In this document: positions 39,052-51,832 of the stretch, piece after piece
Position numbering within the stretch: position 1 is the stretch's first letter
How the letters are laid out: every line of letters starts with the position of its first letter
Assembly: GCF_004010195.1 (NCBI RefSeq)
Contig: NC_057719.1
Coordinates: forward strand, 9,525,112-9,589,111
DNA length: 64,000 nt
Reading direction: 5' to 3'
From: Chiloscyllium plagiosum
Taxonomy: Eukaryota
Position numbers and translations under genes: made by a program
Notes under the pieces: generated by a model
The model's database searches: none
Told to the model about the DNA's origin: nothing
The model's input: only the letters and a program-made list of their open reading frames with translations

Positions 39052-41007
39052 TATAGACAGTGTACTCACAAACTGAGAAAACTATGCCTGTAGGTATGGA
39101 CACATCTCCTTTCCTCATTGGCCTGCATGCCTCAGAGAACACCTTTTGACATCATCGAGACACTCTACATTAGCCAAGCCATCCTTCACCTTTCTCAAAG
39201 AATGGTAAACAGGAACAACAACATCTCTCCCATCTCACCATGCACATTTTATCCAGGGTTGAGCAGTATAAACATCACCACCACACAATATGGGGTTGTA
39301 ATAGAAGACATCTTGCATGGGACAGAAACAATAAAGTGGAAATCATGCTGTACAGTAAGAAAGACACATATTTCTTACTTTAATGAATCCATTTGATAAG
39401 CTACAGAATTTGTAGCAAAATACTTTGAGAGAGGTCCAAGGGGAATTCCAAGCCTATCTATGCAATTTGAGCCCACACAGAATCCCATTCCATTCTCTTC
39501 GGCGGTGACCATGATGAGGCTGATGTACAGAACAAACTTACACATTCCAATGGGATTTATCTATGTTACCATCCTGTGGTAGTCATTATCAGACAGAGCT
39601 GTATAAAAGTGTGTGAAGATCTTCCAGCTGATGGAGTCCTTAAGCCATCTCCAATGCAAAAATTCAACCAGGCCAACTTTAGTGAAACACATTTGCAGTG
39701 CTGCATCCTGCAACACTTCTCTTCAGCAACTCTGAACATAAAATGCATCTCATCCTGACATGAGTAACACTTGCAGTGGAGGAACATGAACAAGACCTAC
39801 CTTCGAAGGATTCAATTCTTCCTCTTTTCTCAACGGCTGAAGTAAAATCCTTGTATGCTTAGGCCGTAATGAGTAATATTGTCCAACATATTTTGTTAAA
39901 TATGCAACATTAAAATAATCAAGGCAACACAGGATGGGCATTGTGAATATCCACCTGTTCTCCCGACCATTGCAAACTCCCAGGTGAAAGTGTGAGGAAT
40001 CCAAACTGATCACACCTCCATATTACAGGTGGCAATGAGAAAATATGCACTAGTTATTTGGATCAGCCATGAGGAGGAAGCATTCAGAGTGTGAATGGAC
40101 TGAGAGCTCAAATCTGGATCTAATCCTAGTCATTTGTGAACAACAGTCAAAACAGAACAGGCTGCAACCAGCACCCAAACCCTCCCCAGCCCCAGTACTG
40201 TATTGGATACATTAACTTTTGAGTGAAGACCAAGTTACCATTTCCGCACAAGGGTGATATTTGGGATTTTCACTACTGCCTCCTTCTGATTGATAATCAC
40301 GAGAAGGGACTGGCTGCCCCAGAGGCAATCTTTATCTGGGTTCTAAGTCCATCAACGCTCCAAAGCAGAAAAATAGATTCAAGTTTCACGAGTGCTTCCT
40401 TCCTCCGAACCTTAGATTAAAACACAGACGCTTTCTGTCTGATTTCAGATTCCAATCAAGCCGAGTAGATGAACAGAGGCTGCCCATTTCCCAAAGTTGT
40501 TTTGCTAAGATGCTGTGGGAGCACTTCACTTATGCAAAGGTGGCAGGATCTGATGGATATTTCCAAGCCCTTTATATCAGGAAAATCACAGGCTGCGTTG
40601 TACCTCACCCTTTCTAACTTCCTCAGATAGATATTCTGGCAGAAATTTAGTTGTAAAATCCAAGAAATATACACTCCAATCAGAGAACTATGACTTCTTT
40701 TAGTTACTCATTGTGTTGAGGTAAGACTGCTTAGTGGACAACACGAAGACCGATTCAGTCAGAAAACAGTGACAACATTAATGTCTGACAATGCACAATC
40801 TACCGTCAAATCACCAGAAAACCCAAAACCATGTCAGAAAACCCTCTCACTTTCCACCTTCAGTTACCAAGCACATCCAAGACCTCAGAGTTAGCCTGCT
40901 GCTTCTGCCCCCAACCTGTTATAACGAACCACTGAGAAAGCATTTCATAAAGGCACAATGAGCTCAGACAGCAAAGGAGGAACTATGAAGAGAAACCATT
41001 TACTTAC

Positions 41008-41127
41008 GGTCATTGCACTGACTGCCACTGTATGAAGTCATGGAGCAGTCACATGTGTACCCCTCCCACTGTTGGATGCAGATCCCATAGTTCATGCATG
41101 AGTCTTCTTGGCAGGTTGTGCTGGGAC
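41008..41127 (-). CDS. Alpha-neurexin internal coding exon encoding the third EGF-like domain (between LNS5 and LNS6); NRXN3-like, paralogue uncertain
   Basis: Minus strand reads ttgattcttccccctccaag|GT CCC AGC ACA ACC TGC...TGC AAT GAC C|gtaagta: pyrimidine-rich AG acceptor, consensus GTAAGT donor, 120 nt, phase 1-1. Translation (G)[39 protein letters not shown](P) has six EGF cysteines and matches the neurexin EGF3 exon as I recall it. QEDSC, QQWEG and SYSGxQC are closest to NRXN3. Confidence 0.95.
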
Positions 41128-41303
41128 CTTGGAGGGGGAAGAATCAAAAACAATAAGACAGTTATCAAGAGAGGAAACAATAGAAAAATGGACAGTTTGT
41201 GTTAAACAAGGCTTGTGGCACTCTGCAGTGGTTCATGAAGACAGTTCTCCACTACTTCCACAAGGGTATAGGCAATCCATGCTGACCCAACCTGTGAGGC
41301 CCA

Positions 41304-41440
41304 GTTCTGAGGAAGGGGCACTGAAATGTTAACTCTGATTTCTCTCCACAGATGCTGACAGAGCCTGCTGAGCTTTTCCAGCAATTTCTGTTTTTGTTTC
41401 TGATTTACAGCATCCGCAGTTCTTTCGTTTCTTTTATTCA
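41304..41440 (+). mobile_element. Short Penelope-terminal insertion with 10-bp TSD, ~175 nt from the EGF exon acceptor
   Basis: TSD gtgaggccca at 41294-41303 and 41441-41450. The insert starts gtt-CTGAGGA-aggggcact-GAAAT-GTT-aac (stem II partly deleted). Confidence 0.8.
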
Positions 41441-43507
41441 GTGAGGCCCACTTCCTGGGAACAAATCAAATGAATTTCAAAGCACACACACACAATTATA
41501 CATGCTGCTACAAACCCAACCAAGTTAGGTCGTGAAAAACATTCCCTCCAAGGACTTCTTTAAAAAATCTCCTGCTTTGAAAAATATAAGCACGTTGTAA
41601 ACAGTATATATCAATAGGACAATGGGTATTATGGTGACACATTTTTGTGTGTTGAGGTTAATTTACTAGACAAATGGAAACTGGATTTCAGAGTAAACCT
41701 TTCTTTCAAAGCTCTCACAAATTAATGTAAAAGAACCATAAGCCATAGTTGCAACAAAATAGTGATTCGATAATCAGATTCCCATTTTATTGCCCCTTCT
41801 CTCCTGAAGATTTTAGGACTTATGGAAGTGGAAATCTAATTGGCCTCTACCTTATGATTCTGACTGAAATACTACATTTGGAATACCTTTCTATAAAAGG
41901 TGGTGTTGGTTGATTTCATAAATAATTTTAAAATGGAATTGGATATGGGCTTGAGGAGCCAGGTTCAAAGCCCAAAGCAGGTGGTGGAATTTTAATTCAA
42001 TAAAAATTTGGAATTAAGAGTCTAATGACAGCCATGAGTTGATTGTTGGATGAAAAACACATCTGGTTCACTAATGTCCTTTAGGGAAGGAAATCTGCTA
42101 TCCTCTCCTGGTCAGGCCAACCTGTGACTCCAGGCCCATAGTAATGTAGTTGACTCTTAATGGCTCTCTGGATAATTCAGGATGGGCAATAAATACTGAC
42201 CCAGCCTGCAACACCTTCATCCTATGAATAAGAAAAAGTCCACGCAACCCATCATGTTTGCACTAATGTCAATTGTTTTCAAATTAATATATAGTCATTT
42301 ACAGGGTGTGGCTGTCATTGACAAGGCCAGCATTTATTGCCCATCCCTAATTGCCCAGAGGGCAGGTAAGAATTGACCACATTGATGAATCTTTTGCCTT
42401 TTCCCCATAACTCTGCATATTTCTATTTAAAATATTATCTAATACACTCTTGACTGAATCTGTTAAACACTTCCAGCATTCCCTATCTCAACCACTCACT
42501 GCATGATAAATATTTTTCTGTTATCATGTTTCCTTTTTCTGTAAAGTACTTTAAATCTGTGCCCTCTCATTTTTGATCCTTTCACGAGTGGAAACAGTTC
42601 TATCCCTGTCCATTCTGTCCATACCGCCCACCCCCCTCCAAGACTTTATAAACTTTTATCAAATCTCCTCTGAGCTTCCTCCTCTCAGAAAAAAAAGGCC
42701 TCAGCATCTCCAATTGCCAGAACTGAAGCTTCAAAAATCTATCATGCAGAGGCCTAGTGGTACAATTACTAATCCTAAAACCTTGATGATCTCCTGGGGA
42801 TCTGGGTTCAAATCCAATCACAGCAAATGGTGGAATTTAAATTAATTTTCTTTTAAATATCTGGAATTAAGAGTCTAATGCTGACCATGAATCCATTGTT
42901 GATTGTTGGAAAAACCCATCTGATTCACTAAAGTCCTTCAGGGAAGGAAAATGCCATCCTTACCTGGTCTGACCTACATGTGACTCCAGACCCACAGCAA
43001 TGTGGTTGACTCTTAACTGTCCTCTGTGGAATTAAGGATGGGCAATAAATACTGGCCTAGCCAGCCTACATTACCTTAATGAGTGGAAAAGAGATGAATA
43101 CATTCAATTGGAATCTACTATTTTCTGAGGAGAAAATTTGACAAAACCACTTTTTCAAAACTTTTCTAAAGAAAACCCCGACAGGAAAGATTTACCCTCA
43201 TCTCCATCTGAAAGAGAATAGCCCCTTATTCTTAAACTGTGCCCTCTAGCTCTAGTCTCCCTCACAAGAAGAAACACCTTCTACTCTATCAAGGAACATG
43301 TTCCACTCGATCAAGGAACATATTCCACCCTATCAAGGAACACCTTGCACCCAATCAAGTCCTCTAGGATCTCATACCTTTCACCTTTTATTCTTCTAAA
43401 CTCCAGTCAGTGTCGGCCTGTACCCTCTCTGAGCTTCCTTTATGGAAAGTAGTTCCTCAAAATAAAGTCAACTGGGAAAACAAATAATCTCATTTCTGAA
43501 TCTGAAC

Positions 43508-44122
43508 AGAATCATAGATTCATGGAGGTCTACAGCATGAAAACAGGCCCTTCGGCCCAACCTGTCCATACTGTCCAGTTTTCACAATTAGTCTAGTCCC
43601 ACTTGCCTGCGTTTGGTCCATATCCCTCCATCCCCATCCCATCCTTGTGTCTGTCCAAATGTTTCTTAAATGACAAAATTATATGCACTTCTGCCACTAC
43701 CTCTGGCAGCCTGTTCCAGACACTCACCACCCTCTGTGTGAAAAAAATTGCCTCTCTGAACCCTTTTGTATCTCTCTTCTCACCTTAAACCTATGCATGC
43801 TTGTTTTAGACTCCCCTGCCATGGGAAAAAGCTGTTGGCTATCTACCTTATCTACGCCTCTCATAATTTTATAGATCTCTTGAAGGTCAGTCCCTCAGTC
43901 TCCTATGTTCCAAGGAAAAGGTCTCAGCCTATCCACCTTCTCCTTAGATCTCAAACCTTCCAGTCCAGGTAGTATCCTAGTAAATCTTTGTTGCACTCTT
44001 CCGAACTTAATACTACCCTTTCGAAAATAGGGCGATCAGAACTGCACGTGGTACTCCAAATGTGGCCTCACCAAATGTGCCCTGGAGAGCTGCAGGAAGT
44101 AGTCCCAACTCCAATACTCAAT
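43508..44122 (-). mobile_element. CR1 LINE 3' part, degenerate
   Basis: CR1 3' UTR and ORF2 tail homologous to the other copies in the window. Confidence 0.8.
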
Positions 44123-45324
44123 AAGTCAGTCTGGTTGGGATCTGCTAGGGTTGATCCACATTCTGAATTCTTGCAGGGAAGCCTTTACAGTCTGTATAAC
44201 AACTTGTGACAAGAATCTACATATTTCAGAGTGCGATGGGTACAGGCTCAGAATATTAGCCATTCAACCGCTATTGAATTCCATGCTTTGCTTGCAATTA
44301 CAGTTCCATGTTTTAAAAACAAGACACATTGGTACTGGGTTAAAAAAAACATTGACAAATGACTATGGCCTCAAGCTAAAATGTCACCAAAAAAAAACCT
44401 GCAGCTGGCTTTCTTAATCAGTTAAGCAATCAGTTTTCGGAGGACTGGATTTAACGCTGCTGGGAGACAATCAAAAATAGCAGATCACTCTGCTTTCTCT
44501 CCACAGATGCTGCCAGACCTGCTGAGCTTCTCCAGCAATTTCTGATTTCCGGCCTCTTCAGTTCTTTGATTGTGTAAGTTTATCAGACAGTTGCCTCTGG
44601 CACCTTTGAAGGAATGTGGGCTGGAGAGTGGGAAACATGTTGATGATTTGCTGCATGACTTAAAAAGTGGCAAATAAGCTTGGATGAAGAAGAGTTGAAA
44701 GATTTAAGCACTGCAAGCATTAAACAAAAACCAGAACCAAACATAAATGACACTAAAGGTGCATCTTGTGTAATGAATGGTGCACTGTAGCTGCCAACAA
44801 ATGTGTCGCTGAAGTGGGTTGCATTTTGCCCACAAAGTCTGGAGAACATCAGGTTAATAATTGGCTGGATATTTAAAGCGTGATTGCTCTATTAGCTTGT
44901 TCATCTCATCCATTTCTGACTCTTCCTATTTCTCACATGAGCTGTCTCATCAGAGGTGGTTCAGGTCACTCATTCCCTTTGAGTGTACATGTCGATGAGA
45001 TTGTTCCTTATCTGCACTCGATGTCTATCAATGCCTGCTTAAGTGGCACAGAATTCATGAAGAAAACCTACCAAACACTTCAGAGAGAAAGGTGAGTTGT
45101 CAAAAGGTGTCATGGGTGTCTGGAGGAAAGTGAATGAATTTATTTGAATAATTAAGCTCATTGGAACTATCAAGCTGTCAAAGGAACTGCCAAGAAAACT
45201 TTCAAGTTCATTGAAGCTGCCAAGCCATGAAGGCATTTAAATCTCCTGCCCTTTAACAGTTTGGAATAAAAACGAAATAATCACCCTGTCTGTTGACATA
45301 AGCCTGAGGGCTGTTATGATACAA

Positions 45325-45679
45325 TTATACCCTTCTTTTTCTAATTCCCACTTATATTGTTTCTTTTTTTTCTGAAAAGATTCTAATCTCCTTTTTTATT
45401 GTATAATCCCCACACTACCGCTTAACAGTGGTAGTGTTTATTTTTCTCCAGCACCTATGTCATTTGTGTGCACGTGTGGGACACAGTAAAGAACGAATGC
45501 AGAAACCTTTATTTATATTCCACCACCAGGAAGAAAGGAAACACCAGAGTGGCCAGTGACAAGCAGTGCCCTTCTCAACAAGGGCAATGCTGGGTGATCA
45601 AAAAAGTGAAAGCGAGGATAGGGATTAAATCAAAATAGAGTTGGAGGGGAAAATAAAACTCTCCACATCGCACGGTGCC
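45325..45679 (-). mobile_element. L1/Tx1-like non-LTR retrotransposon 3' end with 9-bp TSD
   Basis: TSD atgatacaa at 45316-45324 and 45680-45688. The minus strand ends an ORF as APCDVESFIFPSNSILI* and is followed by a UTR with an A-rich tail. Clade assignment is from memory. Confidence 0.5.
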
Positions 45680-46415
45680 ATGATACAACTGAATGTGCCA
45701 ATGACCAATCATTAGCACAATGGGCTGCCAGTCAGTTCATAGTTTGAATGCGGGCTCCAAGTGGGCTCCAACACACGTGCTTATGTTTATGAAGGATTAT
45801 GTTGTTGAAGGACTTAAAGCAGTGATTTTATTTTAAAATAATTTATTGCAAACTTGGATCTTAATTTTACTTATTCTCTGCATGGGTCCTGCACACTGTC
45901 CACATTGAAGCTGTTTCATTCTCCTCAGTTAAGGAAGGATGTACTTACATTGAAAGCAGTTCTTTCAAAGGCTTGCTGGAGGAGTGTTGGAATGAATGGG
46001 TTGTGTTATGAGCGTAGGCTGAGCAGGTTGGGCATTTGGTATTTAAAAGAGTGAGGGTTGGTCTTATAGACGGGAGATGACGTTTCTCCTTTTGTGGGAG
46101 TCTGGAGCTAGGGAGCATGCAGTTTCAAAAGAAGGAATCTCCCATTTAAGACAGAGTTGGAGAGTAGTATCTTCTCACAGAGGGTGGTTAATATTCGGAA
46201 TTTCCTTCCACAGAAATTCTTAGAGGCTGGTCATTGAATATATGCAAGACAGAGTTTGATAGATTCTGGATTTACAATGAGGGCAAACGTTATTCAATGG
46301 GGGTGGGGTATGTGGGCACAGGGCAAAGTGGAGTTGAGGTCATAATGAAGTCAGCCATGATTGCATTGAATACCACAGTAGGCTACATAGGTCAAATGGA
46401 TTATTCATTTCTTTG

Positions 46416-47010
46416 AGTCATAGAGAGTACAACAGGGAACCAGACCCTTAGGTCCAATTCATCCATGCCGACCAGATACCCTACATATATCTAGTCCCTG
46501 TTCCAGCACTTGGCTCATATTCTTCTAAACCCTTCCAATCCACATACCCATCCAGATTCCTTTTAAATGTTGTAATTGTACCAGCCTCCACCGCTTCCTG
46601 TGGCAGCTCATTCCATACACACACCACCCCTTTGTGTGAAAAAGTTATCCCTCAGGTCTCTTCTAAGTCTTTCGCCTCTCACCTTAAATCTATGCCTTAT
46701 AGTTTTGTTCTCCTCATCCTGCAGAAAAGACCTCTTCCATACCCCTCGTAATTTATTAAACCTTTATAAGGTCACCCCCTCAGCCTCCATCACTCCAGGG
46801 AAAACAGTCTATTCAGCGTCTCCCTATCGCTTAAACTCTCCAACTCTGGCAACAATCTCATAAATATTTTCTGAACCCTTTCAAGTTTGACAACGTCCTT
46901 CCTGCAGCAGGGAGACCAGAATCACACACAATATTCCAAAAGTGGTCTAGCCGATGTTCTGTACAGCTGCAACATGACCTCCCAACTCTTATAAATTCAA
47001 CAACTCTGAA
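46416..47010 (-). mobile_element. CR1/HER1 LINE 3' part (an older plus-strand CR1 lies at ~45900-46410)
   Basis: Homology to the other HER1-type copies. Confidence 0.85.
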
Positions 47011-47944
47011 GTTAGTTAAATAGTCACTGCCTTGGTTCAGGTTAGGTTACCATCTACAGCCCAGAAATTCATCCTGAGACTGTCCAAAACTGAAAGACCC
47101 AGGCCACTTGTCACATAAGGCATGCCAATCTGCAAAGGGAGAAATTGCACTTCATGATTTTTGCTAATTAAGAAGACATGAAATTTGCACCATCAAGACG
47201 TGGTTAGAATCCACATTATACTCTCTGATGTGAAGCTTTTCTGTAATACATGCTACTTGTGGTATCAATATATCTTTAACAATCAACACTGACACATTTA
47301 CCAGGCCCTTTGCTTCCTAACCCATGGGACCTCACAAAGAACTCTACAGGATTGATTGCAGAAAAACAAAAAAGACTTCATTATCATGTTTTGCATCATT
47401 ATCTTCCCTTCACAGAACTGCTGGGCCTCTGGGCTGACATCCTTTCAATCATTATGCAATTTATTTGATTCTGGAGCATGGTTGATACTGTATCAGTCTT
47501 TGCTTGGAACAAACACCTCAGCTAACCTCAATTAACCTTCATCTCACATACAGATGGAAAACAAGAGTGCTGACTCTTGATCACAACAGTCTTGGAGAAC
47601 TATTACATCATGCATCAGTTCATTGCACTCAGTGAAATGATAGCTCAGACAACAGGGCACCTCATATGCAGGTTATATACTGCGTTAATTTGGGCTGGTG
47701 TTGGGGAGGAGGGGGGTTCCCATATTTAGGATCTGACTTCTTCTGTCCTCCTTCAGCTTTCCTGCTTCACCCAATTGCATCTGCACAGACGATCACACAA
47801 CTGGAAACCAGAAAATATGTGCTGAATTTTTTGGGGGTGTGCACAGTCACAGTTAGCTTGTGAGTTGATGGCCTGCCCCTCAGATACAGACTTGCCGATC
47901 TTATTTGTGTCACAGGTCTGACCAGAAAGGCTCTGGCAATGTAA

Positions 47945-48175
47945 TCTGTTGGTCCCTCAGCACTGAGGGAGTGCTTCACTGTCAGGCACACCATTGTTCC
48001 AATGAGATTTTAAAATGGACGTTCCATCTGCCTTGCTAGGCAGACATACAGGATCCCAAATTACTTTAAATAAACCACCGGGGATTTCTCATTAGCATTA
48101 TGGTCAATATTTATTCCTCAATTAACATTGCAATAAAAAGACAGATTGTCTACTTATTTACCATGCTGCATCACA
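47945..48175 (+). mobile_element. Deu-domain SINE (SacSINE1/AmnSINE1-like), old; partial copies at ~10850-10990 and ~56735-56945
   Basis: actgagggagtgct...gatccc...caatatttattcctcaa...cagatt matches the Deu core as I recall it. Confidence 0.6.
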
Positions 48176-48814
48176 TTATTAAAGGGAGCCAATTAGCTGA
48201 TTTGCAATGCAGAGTGATGCCAACATTGTGAGTTGAATTCTCAAACTGGCTGAGGTTACCATGAAGGTTACCATCTTCTTCTCAACCTTTCCACCTGCCT
48301 GAGATTAGCCCTCAGGTTAAACCACAGCCAATCGTCACTCTCTGAAAGATCAGCTGAAGGTCTGATAGGATTCAGGGCACTTTTACCTTAGCTTTATTGT
48401 AGCCTCAGCCACAAAGTGATTGACCTTACACGAAAATATACTAAAAATGAAAAATTATGGAAATCAAAGCAGGTCAGACAGCATCTATGGATTTCCAGCA
48501 CTTCTTTGGTTCCAGGACAAGAACCTAGAAAATATGCCTCTTTGAACATTAGGCATGTTGGGACCACCTGTCAATATGTAAAGTGATACAGGATTGCATA
48601 TTCCATTCTCTGATTTTGATAGAGGCGTAGTGATAATTTGGGGATATGGGTTTGAATCCGTGTTTGGCAGCAGTTAGAATTTAATTTCAATTCATAATTC
48701 TGGGATATGAAGTTAGTGTTGGTAGTTTGTGGAACTATCATTGATTGCTACAAAAGCCCATCTGATTCACTCATGACTTTGAGAGAAGGAAATTGCCATC
48801 CCTATCCCCTTATG

Positions 48815-49130
48815 GAGTGGCATGGTGGCTCACTGGTTAGCACTGTTAACTCACAGTGCCAGGGACCAGGTTTCAATTCCAGCCTCAGACGACTGTTTGT
48901 GTGGAGTTTGCATGTTCTCCTAGTGTCTGCATGGGTTTCCTCCAAGTGACCTCCCACAGTTCAAAGATAAGTTAGATAGATTGGCCATGGTGTCCAGGAA
49001 TGTGCAGGCCAGGAAGGTTAACCGTGGAAAATGGAGGGTCACTGGGATAGGGTAGGGGGTGTGATGCTCTTCAGAGGGTTGTGTGGACTCAATGGGCCAA
49101 ATGGATTGCTTCCATATTATAGGGATTTTA
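48815..49130 (+). mobile_element. HE1-type SINE
   Basis: tRNA head and V-domain tgtggagtttgcatgttctcc. Confidence 0.8.
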
Positions 49131-50009
49131 TGGCATTAGTTGGTATGTCAATAACTAGAGGTTATAATTTCAAGATATTCAGCAAGAGAGCAAAGAGTGA
49201 GATGAGGAGAAATTTCTTTAATCAGAGAGTTGTTAGGATTTGGAATGCGCTGTGTGGGAGAGTGATGGAGGTGGATTCTAGAGGAGGTTTCAAAACCTAG
49301 CTGGATATATATTTGAAAGCGATGAATTGAGAGGGTCTGGACGTAGGGCTGGAGGCTTGGATTAGCTGAGCAGCTCTTTCAGGAGCCGATACAGAGACAA
49401 TGATTGAATGGCCTCCATCTGCACTGTATAATTCTATAACTCTAAGATAGCCGAACCTTGCCTTGAGAGCAGGCAGAAAATAAGCTTGGGAACTGGTCGT
49501 CTACCAATCAAAGGAATGATTTTTCATTTCATCATGGGATGATAGTATTACTGGCTGGTCTGCAGTCACATATAAGCCAGACCAAGTAAGGATGGCAGAT
49601 TTCCTTCCCTATAGGTCATTAGTAAACCAGATGGGTTTTTACAACAATCGACAGAGGTTGCAAGGTCACTATTAGGTTTGCTTCTTTTTTTTTAAATTCC
49701 AGGTTTTTAAATTTAAATTGAATTTAGATTTCGCCACTTTCCATGTTGGGATTCAAAGTCCTGTCCTCAGAACACCGGTTTGGTGTACTGGCTTATTATT
49801 CCAGTGACAACACTACTGTGACACCACATCCCTTGTTGCCTTGCTTAAATCACAGCTCTGACTATTCAGCGTGCTCGATGAAGTGGTCAAATATTAAAGG
49901 CATATCAGAAGTCTTTTAGCAAAACCAGGAACCGTTGTGACAGCAGACCTGTTTCCAGATTTAACCTGGGCAGCTCTGACATGGCTCTCTCCATCTAAAG
50001 GGTCAAAAC

Positions 50010-51832
50010 ACTTGTTTTATTGAGTTTTGAGAAGATTTGTCATTCAGGTTGAGGTTCTGGGTATAAGTCTGCTCGCTGAGGTGAAAGGTACGTTTTCAGA
50101 CATTTCATCATCGTGCTAGGTAACATCATCAGCGAGCCTCTGGTGTAGCACCTAGGGATGGCCCACTTTCTATTTATGAGTTCAGGTTTCCTTAGGTTGG
50201 TGATGTCATTCCCTGTGATGTCATTTCCTGTTCTGTTTCTGAGGGGGTGGTAAATGTGATCCAAGTGAATGTGCTTGTTGATAGAGTTCCGGTTGGAGAG
50301 CCATGTTTCTCAGAATTCTCGCACATGTCTCTGTTTGGCTTGTCCTAGGATGGATGTGTTGTCCAAGTCTAAGTGGTGTCCTTCCTCATCTGTATGTAAA
50401 GATATTAGTGAGAGTGGGTCTGGTCTTTTTGTGATGTTCATGACCTAGTTGATGTTCATGAATGCTGGTGGCTAATTTTCTGCCTGTTTGTCCAATGCAG
50501 TTCGTGCAAGGTATTTGGTAAATGACATTAGTTTTGCTTGTTGTCTGTGTGGGGTCTTTCAAGTTCATTATCTGTTGGTTTAGTGTGTTGGTGGGTTTGT
50601 GGGCTACCATGATGCCAAGGGTCTGAGTAGTCTGGCAGTCATTTCCAAGATGTCTTTGATGTAGGGGAGAGCGACTAGGTTTTCTGGATGTGTTTTGTCT
50701 GCTTGTTTGGGTTTATTGCTGAGAAATCGGCGGACTGTGTTCATTGGGTACCCGTTCTGTTTGAATACAATGTGTAGGTGATTTTCCTCTGCTCTTCGTA
50801 GTTCCTCTGTGCTGCAGTGTGTGGTGGCTCAATGAAATAATCTTCGAATGCAGCTTTGTTTCTGGATGTTGGGATGATTGCTTCTCTAGTTTGGTATTTG
50901 GTTCATATGTGTTGTTTTCCAGTTGACGCTGGTTTAAAGTTCCCCATTGCCTGTCGGTCTTCTGCAACATCTAGGAATGGCAATTTGTTGTTGTTTTCCT
51001 CCTCTTTAGTGGATTTTATGCCAGTAAGGGCATTATTGATGGTCTTGAAGGTTTCACCTAATTTGTTTCATTTAGTAATGATGAAGGTGTCATCCACGTA
51101 GCGGACCCAAAGTTTGGGTTGGATGGTTGGCAGAGCTGTTTGTTCAAGTCTCTGCATTACTGCCTCTGCTAAGAACCCTGATATTGGAGATACCATGGGT
51201 GTTCCATTGGTTTTTCCGGGGGTTTTGTTGTTGAAGATGAAGTGGGTGGTAAGGCATAGGTACACTAGTATGATGATACTGTCCTTGCTGATGAAGTTGA
51301 TGGTGTTTGGTGTATGTGTCTTTGGTTCTTCTAATAGTGTAGTCAGTGTTTCCTTGGCCAGGTCGATGTTGATGGATGTGAACAGGGTTGTTATGTCAAA
51401 GGAGACCATTATTTCATTCTCTTCTATCTTGGTGTCTTTGATGGTCTTCAGGAAATCTTGGATGGAGTGAATGGAGTGGAGTGAGTCTTCGATTAAATGT
51501 TTTAGTCTTTGGTGTAGCTCCTTGGTCAATCTGTAAGTTGTTGTTCCGGGTAGTGAGACTGCAGGTCTGAGGGGGGCTCCTGGTTTGTGAATTTTGGGTA
51601 ATCCGTAGAGGCGTGGTGTGTTGGATTTGTCTGGTTTAATTTATTGGAAGTCGGTCTTATTTATTGCTCCAGATTTCTGAAGTTTTGTGAGTAGGGCTTT
51701 GATTCGGTTCTCTCGTTGTGAGGTTGGGTCTATCGCCACTTGGTGGTAAGTGTTGGCATCTGCAAGTAGTGAGTTTGCTTTCTCAAAGTAGTTTCTTTGA
51801 TTTAAAATGACTGTCAAGCGTCCTTTGTCTGC
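50010..51832 (-). mobile_element. Penelope-like retroelement (RT, GIY-YIG, terminal hammerhead), frameshifted
   Basis: VSFDITTLFT, GTPMVSPISG, WVRYVDDTF (51068-51529); VIYQIPC..CIGQTGRKLATSIHEH (50386-50610). Core at 50096-50135. Confidence 0.93.

Noticed and set aside
39801..39857. Possible 57-nt phase 1-1 cassette exon (YKDFTSAVEKRGRIESFE) with AAG|GTAGG donor
   Set aside because: The acceptor lacks a polypyrimidine tract and the peptide resembles no neurexin segment I know. Unsupported without RNA data.
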